Part shown: in pieces, positions 1 to 8,929 of the stretch | Position numbering within the stretch: position 1 is the first letter of the stretch | How the letters are laid out: the number at the start of each line of letters is the position of its first letter | Assembly (NCBI GenBank): GCA_021799315.1 | Contig: JAJZAR010000001.1 | Span: forward strand, 1-35,808 | Length of the DNA stretch: 35,808 nucleotides | Source of the DNA: Thermoplasmata archaeon | GTDB lineage: Archaea; Thermoplasmatota; Thermoplasmata; Thermoplasmatales; Thermoplasmataceae | Direction of reading: 5' to 3' | Made by a program: the position numbers and the translations under genes | The notes under the pieces: generated by a model | Told to the model about the DNA's origin: nothing | The model's database searches: none | What the model saw: the letters and a program-made list of their open reading frames with translations, nothing else

Positions 1-2
1 TT

Positions 3-1070
3 TATTCTTGTACAGGTGTTTCTAAGGAGGAGTTCATGGAATGTGCATACATAAGTTCCTATCTGGATGAAACAAGAGAAGGAATCTCAGTAATAAATCT
101 CATAAAAAAACAATCTCCTGATATAAAAATAGAAAAAATTCAGGGCGGAGAGTACATCCCTTTCTCTTCCAATACAAAATACAGTGGTGTGAAGCTGAAC
201 GGCCATGAATATCTTAAAGGTTCTCCAACCGTTATGTGGTCTATCACAGGAGTGAGGGATAATTTCGTTGAGGCCATATGTGTTGAAATTTCCAGCAGAG
301 GCGGAACTGCAATGGTTCTTGCAAAGGATAAGAAAATTGTTGGAGCCATAGAGTTTAACGATATAATCAAACCCTGGATAAATGAACGAATTGTTTCCAT
401 GAAAACCATGAATATAAAAACTGTTATGTGCACTGGAGATAATGAACTAACGGCTGCCTATATTTCCAATGAAGCAGGACTTGATGAATTTGTAGCAAAT
501 ACCAAACCAGAAGACAAATACAATAAGGTTCAGGAGGAAAAAAATTTACAGAGGATGGTAGCAATGGTTGGCGATGGGACTAATGATGCGCCTGCTCTTG
601 CCCTTGCTGATGTGGGCCTCGCCATGAACAGTGGCACTCAGGCAGCCAAGGATGCTGCAAACATGATTGATCTTGACAACGATCCCACAAAGCTTATGGA
701 TGTCATATTCCTTGGAAAGCAGATATTGATCACCAGAGGATCTCTGACCACATTCAGTTTAGCCAATGACATTTCTAAATATTTTGTAATTATTCCGGCA
801 ATTTTCTATGCATTTCCGGCCCTTGCTTACATAAATCTTCTTGGATTCACCGATCCGTTGCTAGCAATAACATCGGCTCTCATATTCAATACAATTATTA
901 TACCTCTCCTCATCCCTCTGGCTCTGAGAGGGGTAAGATTCAGGCCCCTATCTGTTGATCAATTGTTAAAGCGAAATATAATCGTATATGGTCTTGGTGG
1001 AGTGATTCTTCCCTTTATTGCCATAGGGGCAATTTATCACATATTAATGGCGGTGGGTATACTATGGTAG
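3..1070 (+). CDS. kdpB: K+-transporting P-type ATPase subunit B, 5'-partial
   Basis: Frame is open from position 3 (YSCTGVSKEEF before Met at 36). Motifs: DETREG, KGS, TVMCTGDN, KPEDK, VAMVGDGTNDAPALALADVG, TTFSLANDISKYF (KdpB Asp/Lys pair). Followed by kdpC. Confidence 0.97.
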   Translation, partial: YSCTGVSKEEFMECAYISSYLDETREGISVINLIKKQSPDIKIEKIQGGEYIPFSSNTKYSGVKLNGHEYLKGSPTVMWSITGVRDNFVEAICVEISSRGGTAMVLAKDKKIVGAIEFNDIIKPWINERIVSMKTMNIKTVMCTGDNELTAAYISNEAGLDEFVANTKPEDKYNKVQEEKNLQRMVAMVGDGTNDAPALALADVGLAMNSGTQAAKDAANMIDLDNDPTKLMDVIFLGKQILITRGSLTTFSLANDISKYFVIIPAIFYAFPALAYINLLGFTDPLLAITSALIFNTIIIPLLIPLALRGVRFRPLSVDQLLKRNIIVYGLGGVILPFIAIGAIYHILMAVGILW

Positions 1071-1714
1071 AGAAATTAAAACTAGGAAGATTGATAAGAA
1101 CATCAATTGTGCTTTCACTGGTTACAATGCTTCTACTGGGTGTTGTGATACCAACAGCTACTGCATTCATCTCTGAAAACGTTGATAGGTATGGTGCAAA
1201 TGGTAGTCAGGTTCATTTGGATGGCAAGGTGTATGGAAGTTATCTTCTGGCACAGGCGTTCAACGAATCTTATTTCTTTCAGCCCAGGCCTTCAGCCATA
1301 AATTACAACGAAACTCAATCCGGGTCAATATGCTGTTCTCCTAACACAAATGCTTCCATAAATCTTACAGAAAAAAATCTGAGGAATTTCGAGGAAATGA
1401 ATCCAAATATAACGCTTTCACAGATACCAGGCGAAGCCATAATGGATTCTGATTCAGGCCTTGACCCCAATGTACCTCTTTCTCTGGCTCTTCTTGAAGA
1501 ACCAAGAGTAGCAAAGGCTCTGGAGAACTTAGGAAATAAGTCTGGCGTTTCATTGGCGGGCATCGGAGTGCAGATTATGCATCTCATAAACACCAGCAAA
1601 AAGCAAAATTTCCCCATATTTGGCTCATACTATGTCAACACAATGTATCTGGATGTAAACATAATAGAAATTTTGCTCAATAAGGGTGTTATAAATCAAT
1701 CATCTCTTGATTAA
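1064..1714 (+). CDS. kdpC: K+-transporting ATPase subunit C
   Basis: Single N-terminal TM helix; ANGS, GSYLLAQAF, YFFQPRPSA, SDSGLDP and YVN motifs; overlaps the end of kdpB. Confidence 0.93.
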   Translation: MVEKLKLGRLIRTSIVLSLVTMLLLGVVIPTATAFISENVDRYGANGSQVHLDGKVYGSYLLAQAFNESYFFQPRPSAINYNETQSGSICCSPNTNASINLTEKNLRNFEEMNPNITLSQIPGEAIMDSDSGLDPNVPLSLALLEEPRVAKALENLGNKSGVSLAGIGVQIMHLINTSKKQNFPIFGSYYVNTMYLDVNIIEILLNKGVINQSSLD

Positions 1715-2509
1715 TAGAGTGTCAACTTTTGATTCTCTGGAAATTCTTTTTATGTCTGCGTTTATTCTTACATTTGAATACTGATCTGGCCTTATTCCAA
1801 GAACCAAGAGGTTTGTAACATCATCGTCAATACTTGATATCACACTCGATCTCAGATCTGTCCCTTTCAGTTCTCTTAGCTCAAAATCTAAGTCCAATTC
1901 TTTCCATATTTCTGAATTCATTATTGTGGTGAATCCATGGATTTTCTTTGTGTCAAAGGATCTTGCATCGCAAAGGATAAACCTTGCATCGAGAACCTTT
2001 GAGAGAACAGCTCCCAAATATACAGACTTTCTAGAATTCAGACGCTCGCTCATGGGGACAAATATATTCCTATAAGGATATTTACTTCCCTTTGAGGCTA
2101 TCACAGCGGTTGTATTCTTGGAATGTTTCAATACATAATCTCCTATATTCCCGTAGACAGAACCAGAAACGCCAGTTCTTCCCCGGGAACTCATGAGTAC
2201 AAGATCATAATTTTTAGAGTTAGATTCCTTTACAATCCCATCCTTTATATTCTTGGCGCTTTGAATTTTTGGTATGACCTTTATACCCATATCTCTGGAT
2301 TCTTTATAGGCAGACATGACCACTGCAACCTTATCACTCCAGGTTACTTCTCTGATCATATCCTTAACAGTTAATGCTGTGACTTCGGATTGCATTTTCT
2401 TTGCAAATTCCCTGGCAATATTGAAAGCAATTTTAGAACTGTCCCCTTTTGCCATTGGCACGAGTATTCTTTCAATTTTTGCAAAATTTGAAGAAATCTG
2501 AGTCAGCAT
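1700..2509 (-). CDS. Tandem-domain universal stress protein (USP)
   Basis: Two USP units (ERILVPM...DLVLMSSRGRTG...GNIGDYVLKHS; RNIFVPMS...NLLVLG...TLLIK). Convergent with kdpC, 15-bp overlap. Confidence 0.88.
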   Translation of the reverse strand: MLTQISSNFAKIERILVPMAKGDSSKIAFNIAREFAKKMQSEVTALTVKDMIREVTWSDKVAVVMSAYKESRDMGIKVIPKIQSAKNIKDGIVKESNSKNYDLVLMSSRGRTGVSGSVYGNIGDYVLKHSKNTTAVIASKGSKYPYRNIFVPMSERLNSRKSVYLGAVLSKVLDARFILCDARSFDTKKIHGFTTIMNSEIWKELDLDFELRELKGTDLRSSVISSIDDDVTNLLVLGIRPDQYSNVRINADIKRISRESKVDTLLIKR

Positions 2510-2863
2510 GATACATTATTTCACAGTTATAGTAAATCTTTTCTATAACATCTACGTGTATAAATATGCACACCGTCAAGATATACAATAAGTCCACCAG
2601 ATCTCATTCATGGTATACACTTGTATAAATATTGATGAAGGGTATTTCGTAATGAGGATAGGATGCCAGCTTTTTCTTCTAATTTCGGCTTCCTAATTCT
2701 TAACTTGCACTTAGAAATTCTGGAGAATGGCATACGGATCAAAAATCCCTACAACTATTATTTCCAATTTAATTCATCATGATGTAAGGTTAGGGTGCCT
2801 ACCGCTAGCCGAAAATGAGATTTTAGCAAAGATATTTTTATAATTGAATTATATTGAAACAAT

Positions 2864-3409
2864 ATGAGTTCAAAAGCTTCGTTCAGATATTTCTTAACGT
2901 CATTAGGTGCACTCATAATAGCGCTATCCGGAGTACTTTTACTTCTTGCATTTTTTGTTACCAGACTTGCTGGACTATCATCCGTGGTTTTTTTCAATCC
3001 TACAAGCTTGGTTATTGTAGGCGTACCCCTAGTATTGGTAATTGTTGCTATTATGTTGATCATTCTGGCCATTGTTATATACAACGGAAGGCATCCAAAG
3101 AAGAGCAATGAAAATGTACTTAAAGGTGTCATTATTGTGTTGTTGGTCATTATCATACTCTCTCTGAATGGCGGATTCATTGTACCAGTGATTTCAGGTA
3201 AGGGAGACATAATATTGGCAATTGTTCCAATTATGTGGATCATTCTGTCTGTTGCCATATACGATACTGGGCGCACAAAGAAAAGCAGAGGAAGAGAAGT
3301 TAACGGCGTCATTATTCTCCTATTAAGCATTGTAGTATTCTTCATGGGCGGAGGATTCATAATTGGGCCAGCAATTTCAGCCATAGGGGGAATATTACTC
3401 ATTCTCTGA
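2864..3409 (+). CDS. Small multi-pass membrane protein, paralog A (ends GGFIIG..IS.IGG; possibly DUF6114-like)
   Basis: Hydrophobic 181-aa ORF; TATA-like TTTTATAA about 25 nt upstream; closely similar to the ORF at 3651-4016. Confidence 0.8.
   Translation: MSSKASFRYFLTSLGALIIALSGVLLLLAFFVTRLAGLSSVVFFNPTSLVIVGVPLVLVIVAIMLIILAIVIYNGRHPKKSNENVLKGVIIVLLVIIILSLNGGFIVPVISGKGDIILAIVPIMWIILSVAIYDTGRTKKSRGREVNGVIILLLSIVVFFMGGGFIIGPAISAIGGILLIL
3033..3380 (+). repeat. Degenerate in-frame tandem duplication, 180-bp period
   Basis: tattggtaattgttgctattatgttgatcattctg at 3033 aligns with tattggcaattgttccaattatgtggatcattctg at 3213. Protein units aa ~57-112 and ~117-173 align. A third copy starts near 3820 in paralog B. 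Confidence 0.85.
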
Positions 3410-3650
3410 GGCTCTACGGTTCAGCTTTAGTTTGCTCTACGTAATATATGAATGTGAGGACTGCTTCTGTTCTTGGCTTCACAATTCAGCACAATCAATT
3501 TCAATTCTTTGTGAATGGGAAAATTCCTAAAATGATATAAAGAGCCCATTAAGATTAATATCTAATTGAAGTGAGGTCATGGAGACTCTAAATTATTAAA
3601 AAACATGCTTTAATAAAAACATCTATATAATCAAACTGTATCGGTTGATT

Positions 3651-4016
3651 ATGAGTTCAAACGCTTCATTAAGATATTTTCTAACTTCTTTAGGTGCATT
3701 CATAACTGTGATCTCCGGAATACTTTTATTGCTTGCAATTTTTATCACGGGTCTTGCAGGTCTTTCGTCCGTAATCTTTTTTAATCCTGCGGGTTTAGTT
3801 ATCGCTGGCGGATCAATATTATTAGCAATTATCCCAATTATATGGATCATTTTGGCTTTTGTCATATACAATTCAGGACACACAAGGAAAAGCAGAGGAA
3901 AGGAAGTTAACGGTGTTATTATTATCTTACTGAGCATCATAATCTTCTTTCTGGGTGGTGGATTCGTAATTGGACCCATAATATCTGGCATAGGTGGAGT
4001 TCTACTTATTCTTTGA
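3651..4016 (+). CDS. Small multi-pass membrane protein, paralog B (121 aa)
   Basis: ATG at 3651 gives MSSNASLRYFLTSLGA, matching the paralog A start MSSKASFRYFLTSLGA. Exactly 60 aa shorter than A. Confidence 0.82.
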   Translation: MSSNASLRYFLTSLGAFITVISGILLLLAIFITGLAGLSSVIFFNPAGLVIAGGSILLAIIPIIWIILAFVIYNSGHTRKSRGKEVNGVIIILLSIIIFFLGGGFVIGPIISGIGGVLLIL

Positions 4017-4023
4017 TTTTTTT
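4017..4023 (+). terminator. Oligo-T archaeal terminator candidate
   Basis: T7 run immediately after the stop codon of paralog B. Confidence 0.45.
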
Positions 4024-4089
4024 GTTGGCGGTTCATTGTATGGTGCAATGTGAACAGAAACGTTATGAAATCGAACGTTATTGACATCA

Positions 4090-4569
4090 ATGAAATGTCT
4101 CCTCGTTAATAAGGGCCGGATTAGTGGAATAAAAAATACAGATGACCTTGCTCGCGTTCCATATGATGAGGCATTTGTCATAGATCTGGATGCTATTTTC
4201 AGGCATCATTTTAACTTCAAACTTTATAATGAACTCTCCAAGTATGTGGAATTCACACTTATGGCCCTTCCGGAGACAGAGAATGACCTCATGGACATCA
4301 TTGTTTCAGGAGCTTCAAGAGTTGTAATAGGAGACGATCTGAATGTCAGCACAATCCAGAAATTTCTTGATATGACCGAGGAGATAGTTATGAGATGTGG
4401 AACTGAACAGAAAGCCATTATGTTCCATGCCATCAAGGGAAATATGTATCTGTCCTGCAGGACATATGATATACCCGGAGTTTTTTTCTATTATGGTCCA
4501 TTTTCAAAACAAGATTCAAATATTATTCCCTTGGAAGGCTTCCCGGATGAATTGAAGACGGACTGTTGA
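4090..4569 (+). CDS. HisA/HisF-related short (beta/alpha) barrel protein
   Basis: AFVIDLDAI...FNFKL and DLMDIIVSGASRVVIG resemble the HisA/HisF segments VVDLDGA..N and ll.aGA.RVIIG. Only about 160 aa. ATG at 4090 (TTG at 4081 is an alternative). Confidence 0.6.
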   Translation: MKCLLVNKGRISGIKNTDDLARVPYDEAFVIDLDAIFRHHFNFKLYNELSKYVEFTLMALPETENDLMDIIVSGASRVVIGDDLNVSTIQKFLDMTEEIVMRCGTEQKAIMFHAIKGNMYLSCRTYDIPGVFFYYGPFSKQDSNIIPLEGFPDELKTDC

Positions 4570-4634
4570 CTTATTTTTGTATGGGAAAACAATGAAATCA
4601 TAAAATAATAAGGGAACATGGAGACTGGATATTG

Positions 4635-5537
4635 ATGCATAAACTACCGGTGAAGGTGGGAGGTCTTGAACTGAGCTCACCAGGAATGCTGGCATCCGGC
4701 ATTCTTGACGAGAATGGATATACAATGAAGAGAATTCTTGATGAAGGGGCTGGTGCAGTTGTTACGAAATCCATTGGCATGGAAGAGAGAAATGGATACA
4801 TGCCTCCAGTCGTGTTCGAGGGAAAAAACTGGTTACTGAATGCTATGGGATTGCCCAACCCAGGTATAGATCACTTCGAAGATGAAATAGTCATTGCAAA
4901 ACAGAGCGGTAAGCCGGTGATTGGAAGTATATTTGGATCCTCTGTGGATGATTTTCTTGTGCTGGGGCAGAAGATGGAATCCTTCGGAGTATCTGCGGTT
5001 GAGCTAAATCTGTCGTGCCCTCATGTGCGAGGTTATGGTTCTGAGGTTGGCAGTGATCCTGTACTTGTAAAGAATATTGTTAAGGAGTTAAAAGGGACTT
5101 TGTCCATACCTGTTTGGAGTAAATTGAGCCCTAATGTTACTTCTATTCTGGATATAGCCAGATCTGCTTCTGATTCTGACGCACTTGTTTTGATAAATAC
5201 TCTTAGGGGAATGGCCATAAACATTTATAACAGGATGCCAGTACTGACAAATGTTTACGGTGGCGTCTCAGGTTCCAGTATAAAGCCTGTGGGATTGAGG
5301 CTTGTCTATGAGGTAAGGAAAGAAATGGACATCGATATTATTGGTGTAGGCGGAATTGACAACCATGAGGATGCTCTTGAATATATCATGGCTGGAGCAA
5401 ATGCATTCCAGATAGGTACGGCTCTAATGCATCACGGTAGAAAGATTTTCAATGAGATTAATGTGGGTATAGGGGAATTTATGGCACATAATGGTGTGTC
5501 AGACCTTTCCAAGCTAGTGGGGCGTGCAGTACAATGA
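4635..5537 (+). CDS. pyrD: Dihydroorotate dehydrogenase family 1B, catalytic subunit
   Basis: LASG, VVTKS, LNAMGLPNPG, ELNLSCPH, KLSPNV, INT, GGVSG, IIGVGGI, AGANAFQIGT; adjacent to pyrK. Confidence 0.97.
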   Translation: MHKLPVKVGGLELSSPGMLASGILDENGYTMKRILDEGAGAVVTKSIGMEERNGYMPPVVFEGKNWLLNAMGLPNPGIDHFEDEIVIAKQSGKPVIGSIFGSSVDDFLVLGQKMESFGVSAVELNLSCPHVRGYGSEVGSDPVLVKNIVKELKGTLSIPVWSKLSPNVTSILDIARSASDSDALVLINTLRGMAINIYNRMPVLTNVYGGVSGSSIKPVGLRLVYEVRKEMDIDIIGVGGIDNHEDALEYIMAGANAFQIGTALMHHGRKIFNEINVGIGEFMAHNGVSDLSKLVGRAVQ

Positions 5538-6280
5538 TGGATCGTATTATCATAGAGGAAGCGCACAGAGAGACGCCTACTGTTGTTTCACTTTACTTCA
5601 CATGGAATCTGGATGTGAAACCGGGCCAGTTTGTTATGGTATGGATTCCAGGTCTGGGAGAAGTTCCGATGTCACTATCAATGACAGGTCATAAAAAGTG
5701 TATCACTGTCAAGGCTTATGGTGAGAGCACAAGAAAGCTCTGTGAGTTGAAGAAGGGGGATTTTCTCTATCTGCGAGGTCCTTATGGAAAACCGTTCAGC
5801 AATGTAAAAGGGAAAAAATTACTGATGGGAGGCGGTTCAGGTATGGCTTCCCTGAGATCAATGATTGACGATCAATCAACGGGTCTTGTGGCTGCAAAAA
5901 CTGCGGAGGAAATTCTATTCGAGAAAGAATTCAAGGAAAAACAATTCATAACTGCTACAGAGGATGGTTCGAAAGGGATCAAAGGGATCATAACCGATGC
6001 AATGCAAAAAATTGATTTATCCTCTTTCGACATGATATATGTGTGCGGACCGGAAAGAATGCTAAAAGCAGTCTTCGATCGGTTAAAGGATATGAATGTC
6101 AGGGCGGAATTCTCTCTGGAAAGAAGTATGAAGTGCGGCATAGGCCTCTGTGACTCCTGCTCAATTAATGGGTTTCAGGTATGTCTTGACGGGCCCACAT
6201 TCTCACTTGATGAATTGAAATATATGGACGAGTTTGGTAGAACAAAGTTGCTTGCGTCAGGCAGGAGGGTAATGATCTGA
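5534..6280 (+). CDS. pyrK: Dihydroorotate dehydrogenase electron transfer subunit
   Basis: PGQFVMVW, RGPYG, GGGSG, CGPERM and [2Fe-2S] motif MKCGIGLCDSC...VCLDGP; ATGA overlap with pyrD. Confidence 0.96.
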   Translation: MMDRIIIEEAHRETPTVVSLYFTWNLDVKPGQFVMVWIPGLGEVPMSLSMTGHKKCITVKAYGESTRKLCELKKGDFLYLRGPYGKPFSNVKGKKLLMGGGSGMASLRSMIDDQSTGLVAAKTAEEILFEKEFKEKQFITATEDGSKGIKGIITDAMQKIDLSSFDMIYVCGPERMLKAVFDRLKDMNVRAEFSLERSMKCGIGLCDSCSINGFQVCLDGPTFSLDELKYMDEFGRTKLLASGRRVMI

Positions 6281-6285
6281 TTAAT

Positions 6286-6915
6286 ATGTTGCTGACAGAG
6301 AAATTTCACAGCCTTCAGGGGGAAGGATACCTAACAGGGGAACCCATGTATTTCATCAGAACAAATCTGTGCAATCTTAGGTGCGCATGGTGCGATACAA
6401 CTTATTCCTTTGAAAACGGAAGGGAGGAATCTTTAGACTCTTTGGTACAAGAGTGTGTTGCCACATGGGAGAAGTGGATATGTTTTACAGGTGGGGAACC
6501 AATGCTTCAGAGGGAAGCTCTGGATTTTATGAGGCAGGTCACTGCCGGTGGTAAGAAAGTTCTTCTTGAAACGGGAGGTTCCATGGACATTTCAAAGGTT
6601 ACCACGATTGAAGGTACAATGATAGATATGGATGTCAAATGCCCATCTTCCAAAGAGGAAAAAAGTATCAAACTTTCAAATCTTCAATATCTAAGGAATG
6701 AGGACTATTGTAAATTTGTTATACAGGATAAGACTGATTTTGAATACGCGGACAGTTTTATCAAAAGTCACAGGATGAACTGCGGGATCATATTTCAACC
6801 TGCATGGGGAACAGAATCCAGGTGGATTGCTGATGAAATAATGAAAAGAAAATTGCCTGTGCGGCTCATGATACAATCTCATAAAATTGTATTTGGAGAG
6901 GGGAGAGGTGTATGA
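6286..6915 (+). CDS. queE: 7-carboxy-7-deazaguanine synthase (radical SAM)
   Basis: FHSLQGEG, FIR..CNLRCAWCDT (CxxxCxxC), TGGEP, LETGG, DVKCPSS, KFVI, QP, QSHK. Confidence 0.92.
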   Translation: MLLTEKFHSLQGEGYLTGEPMYFIRTNLCNLRCAWCDTTYSFENGREESLDSLVQECVATWEKWICFTGGEPMLQREALDFMRQVTAGGKKVLLETGGSMDISKVTTIEGTMIDMDVKCPSSKEEKSIKLSNLQYLRNEDYCKFVIQDKTDFEYADSFIKSHRMNCGIIFQPAWGTESRWIADEIMKRKLPVRLMIQSHKIVFGEGRGV

Positions 6916-8159
6916 GTGAAATGCAGGTTTTCACAGGGAAGTTTTACTATGAAAATGGTTTCCAGGATTTAACCATTGATGTAACAGACGGAGTGATATC
7001 AAAGATCAGGAAATTCCAGAAGGGAGAATATGGAATTCCCATTGAAGGGGCAGTTTTTCCCGGCTTTGTTGATGTCCATGTCCATTTTAGAGACCCTGGT
7101 GAGACAGAGAAGGAAGATTTTAAAAGCGGAAGCATGTCTGCAGCCTTCGGTGGAACAACAACAGTCTTCGACATGCCAAATAACAGCATACCCATAACAG
7201 ATTACAAACAGTATGACAGGAAGAAGAGTATTGTTCATGGCAGATCCTATGTGGATTATGGCCTTTATTCTCTTTACGATGGGACAAATAGACATATGCT
7301 TGCAAATGAGAGCCCCGCATTCAAAGTCTTTATGGGGGAGAGCACAAACAGTAACGGATTCAACGGTGACTACCTTACAGATTCTTTCTTTCAGACTATG
7401 GAAAAACCCATATTGTTTCATACTGAACTGGCGTCATGCCTTGAGGCACATCGAAAAAAAGAAGAGCTGAATACACTTGCAGATCATGATGCAAACAGGC
7501 CTCCGGAATGCGAGAGAAAAGCAATGGAGATCCTTTCAAAATTAAAGGCGAAAAAGAAAATTGCAGGTCATGTGAGTGACTGGGACAATACAGGAGTGCT
7601 CGATTCAGGAACATCTAAAGAAATGACCCCCCATCATATGCTGCTGGATTATTCTATGCCTCTTGGTGCATATGGAAAGGTAAACCCTCCCTTAAGAGAT
7701 CCTTTGATCACCCGGAAAAATTTCCAGGCATTTTTGGATGGAAAGGTGGACATCCTATCATCTGATCATGCACCGCATACAGAGAGAGATAAGGAGGATC
7801 TCACTCATTCAAAATCTGGGATCATTGGGGTCGAAACAAGAATACCTCTTATGCTTGCCCTCGTTCAGAAAAAGATTCTCCCTCTCGATGTTTTAGTAAA
7901 CTCTGGATCTAAAAACCCTTCTTTGATCTATGGGTTATCTAAAGGCCAGATAAAGTTAGGCTGCCATGCAGATTTTGTATCTGTTAAATTTTCCAACCTG
8001 GAACGACTCAACGAAGACAGGTTGCACTCAAAGACTCCTATAACCCCTTTCAATGGGTTTCAGGTAATATTTCCGGATTCTGTGTTTGTAAGAGGACAGG
8101 AAGTCATATCAAAACGAGAACTCGTGGAGGAGCCTCGCGGCGAAATCATAGAGAGTTAA
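6912..8159 (+). CDS. pyrC: Dihydroorotase
   Basis: DVHVHFRDPG, GGTTTVFDMPN, FKVFM, HTE, HVS, TPHH, KVNPPLR, SDHAPH; same operon as pyrD/pyrK. Confidence 0.93.
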   Translation: MSEMQVFTGKFYYENGFQDLTIDVTDGVISKIRKFQKGEYGIPIEGAVFPGFVDVHVHFRDPGETEKEDFKSGSMSAAFGGTTTVFDMPNNSIPITDYKQYDRKKSIVHGRSYVDYGLYSLYDGTNRHMLANESPAFKVFMGESTNSNGFNGDYLTDSFFQTMEKPILFHTELASCLEAHRKKEELNTLADHDANRPPECERKAMEILSKLKAKKKIAGHVSDWDNTGVLDSGTSKEMTPHHMLLDYSMPLGAYGKVNPPLRDPLITRKNFQAFLDGKVDILSSDHAPHTERDKEDLTHSKSGIIGVETRIPLMLALVQKKILPLDVLVNSGSKNPSLIYGLSKGQIKLGCHADFVSVKFSNLERLNEDRLHSKTPITPFNGFQVIFPDSVFVRGQEVISKRELVEEPRGEIIES

Positions 8160-8929
8160 AGCAACTCGTAATGAGATAAAATATCTACCAATCCCCTTCC
8201 ATTATTTTTACTCGAAACGTATGTGGCATGATTCTTTGCCTCTTTTGATGCGTTATTTGGCGTTCCTGAATATGCTGCAACCCGGAACATATCTAAATCA
8301 TTTCCTCCATCGCCGCAGGCCAGAATTTCTTTCTCCGTGATATTAAGAAAATTCATCATTGTGGTAAGGGCAAAACCTTTGTTCTGACCCGGGTTCATGA
8401 TGTGTATTGCATACCCACTGTCCTGCACTTCTGCATCTCCCGCATTTGCCATAATATCAGGTACAATGGCCCTATCTATCTCAATACTGAGTGATGTCTC
8501 CCGCCACTTATTGGTAAAAAATTCGTGAACGTCGTGTCTTTCCTTAATTTTTTTAAGTTCCTCCTCAGGTAATACCCTATCGAAGAACCTGAGAATATTT
8601 GCTCTTTTTATTATTGTTCCTCTGCTCAAAGTCAGAAGATTGTTCTTTTCCAAGCAGTCAAGGTTAGAAGGAGACCTTTCCAGATATGACATCATTACTC
8701 CTCCGTTCTCGGCAAATAATATATCTCCCACACCAATGGTGTTTCTGATGCCAACCATTACCGGGAGGGTATTACCACTGACTAAAGAAACTGCTGTGGA
8801 TGGGTGATTATGCTTCAACTTCTGTAGAGCTAAAATTGTATTGATATCTATTGTCTGATCTTCTTCTGTTATTGTCCCATCTATATCAAGCGCAAGGAGT
8901 TTTATATTGTTAGCCTTTGTAGCAGTCAA
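8156..8929 (-). CDS. HAD subfamily IIB phosphatase (phosphoglycolate phosphatase, TA0175-like)
   Basis: DIDGT, SGN, AENGG, TNKWRETS, SGYAIH, NKG, GDGGNDLDMF. TTG start preceded by AAGGAGGGAG. Confidence 0.9.
   Translation of the reverse strand: MTATKANNIKLLALDIDGTITEEDQTIDINTILALQKLKHNHPSTAVSLVSGNTLPVMVGIRNTIGVGDILFAENGGVMMSYLERSPSNLDCLEKNNLLTLSRGTIIKRANILRFFDRVLPEEELKKIKERHDVHEFFTNKWRETSLSIEIDRAIVPDIMANAGDAEVQDSGYAIHIMNPGQNKGFALTTMMNFLNITEKEILACGDGGNDLDMFRVAAYSGTPNNASKEAKNHATYVSSKNNGRGLVDILSHYELL

Noticed and set aside
36-38. Met at 36 with upstream AAGGAGG as a real gene start
   Set aside because: The frame is open from the window edge and the upstream codons continue KdpB; the phosphorylation motif and N-terminal half lie outside the window.
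2788-2810. GC-rich hairpin GGTTAG-GGT-GCCT-ACC-G-CTAGCC, considered as a tRNA fragment or riboswitch
   Set aside because: It is a single short stem with no T-loop, cloverleaf or recognisable aptamer consensus.
2758-4090. Long minus-strand ORFs 2758-3402 and 3623-4090 that resemble each other
   Set aside because: They are antisense shadows of the duplicated hydrophobic + strand genes; their similarity follows from the duplication.
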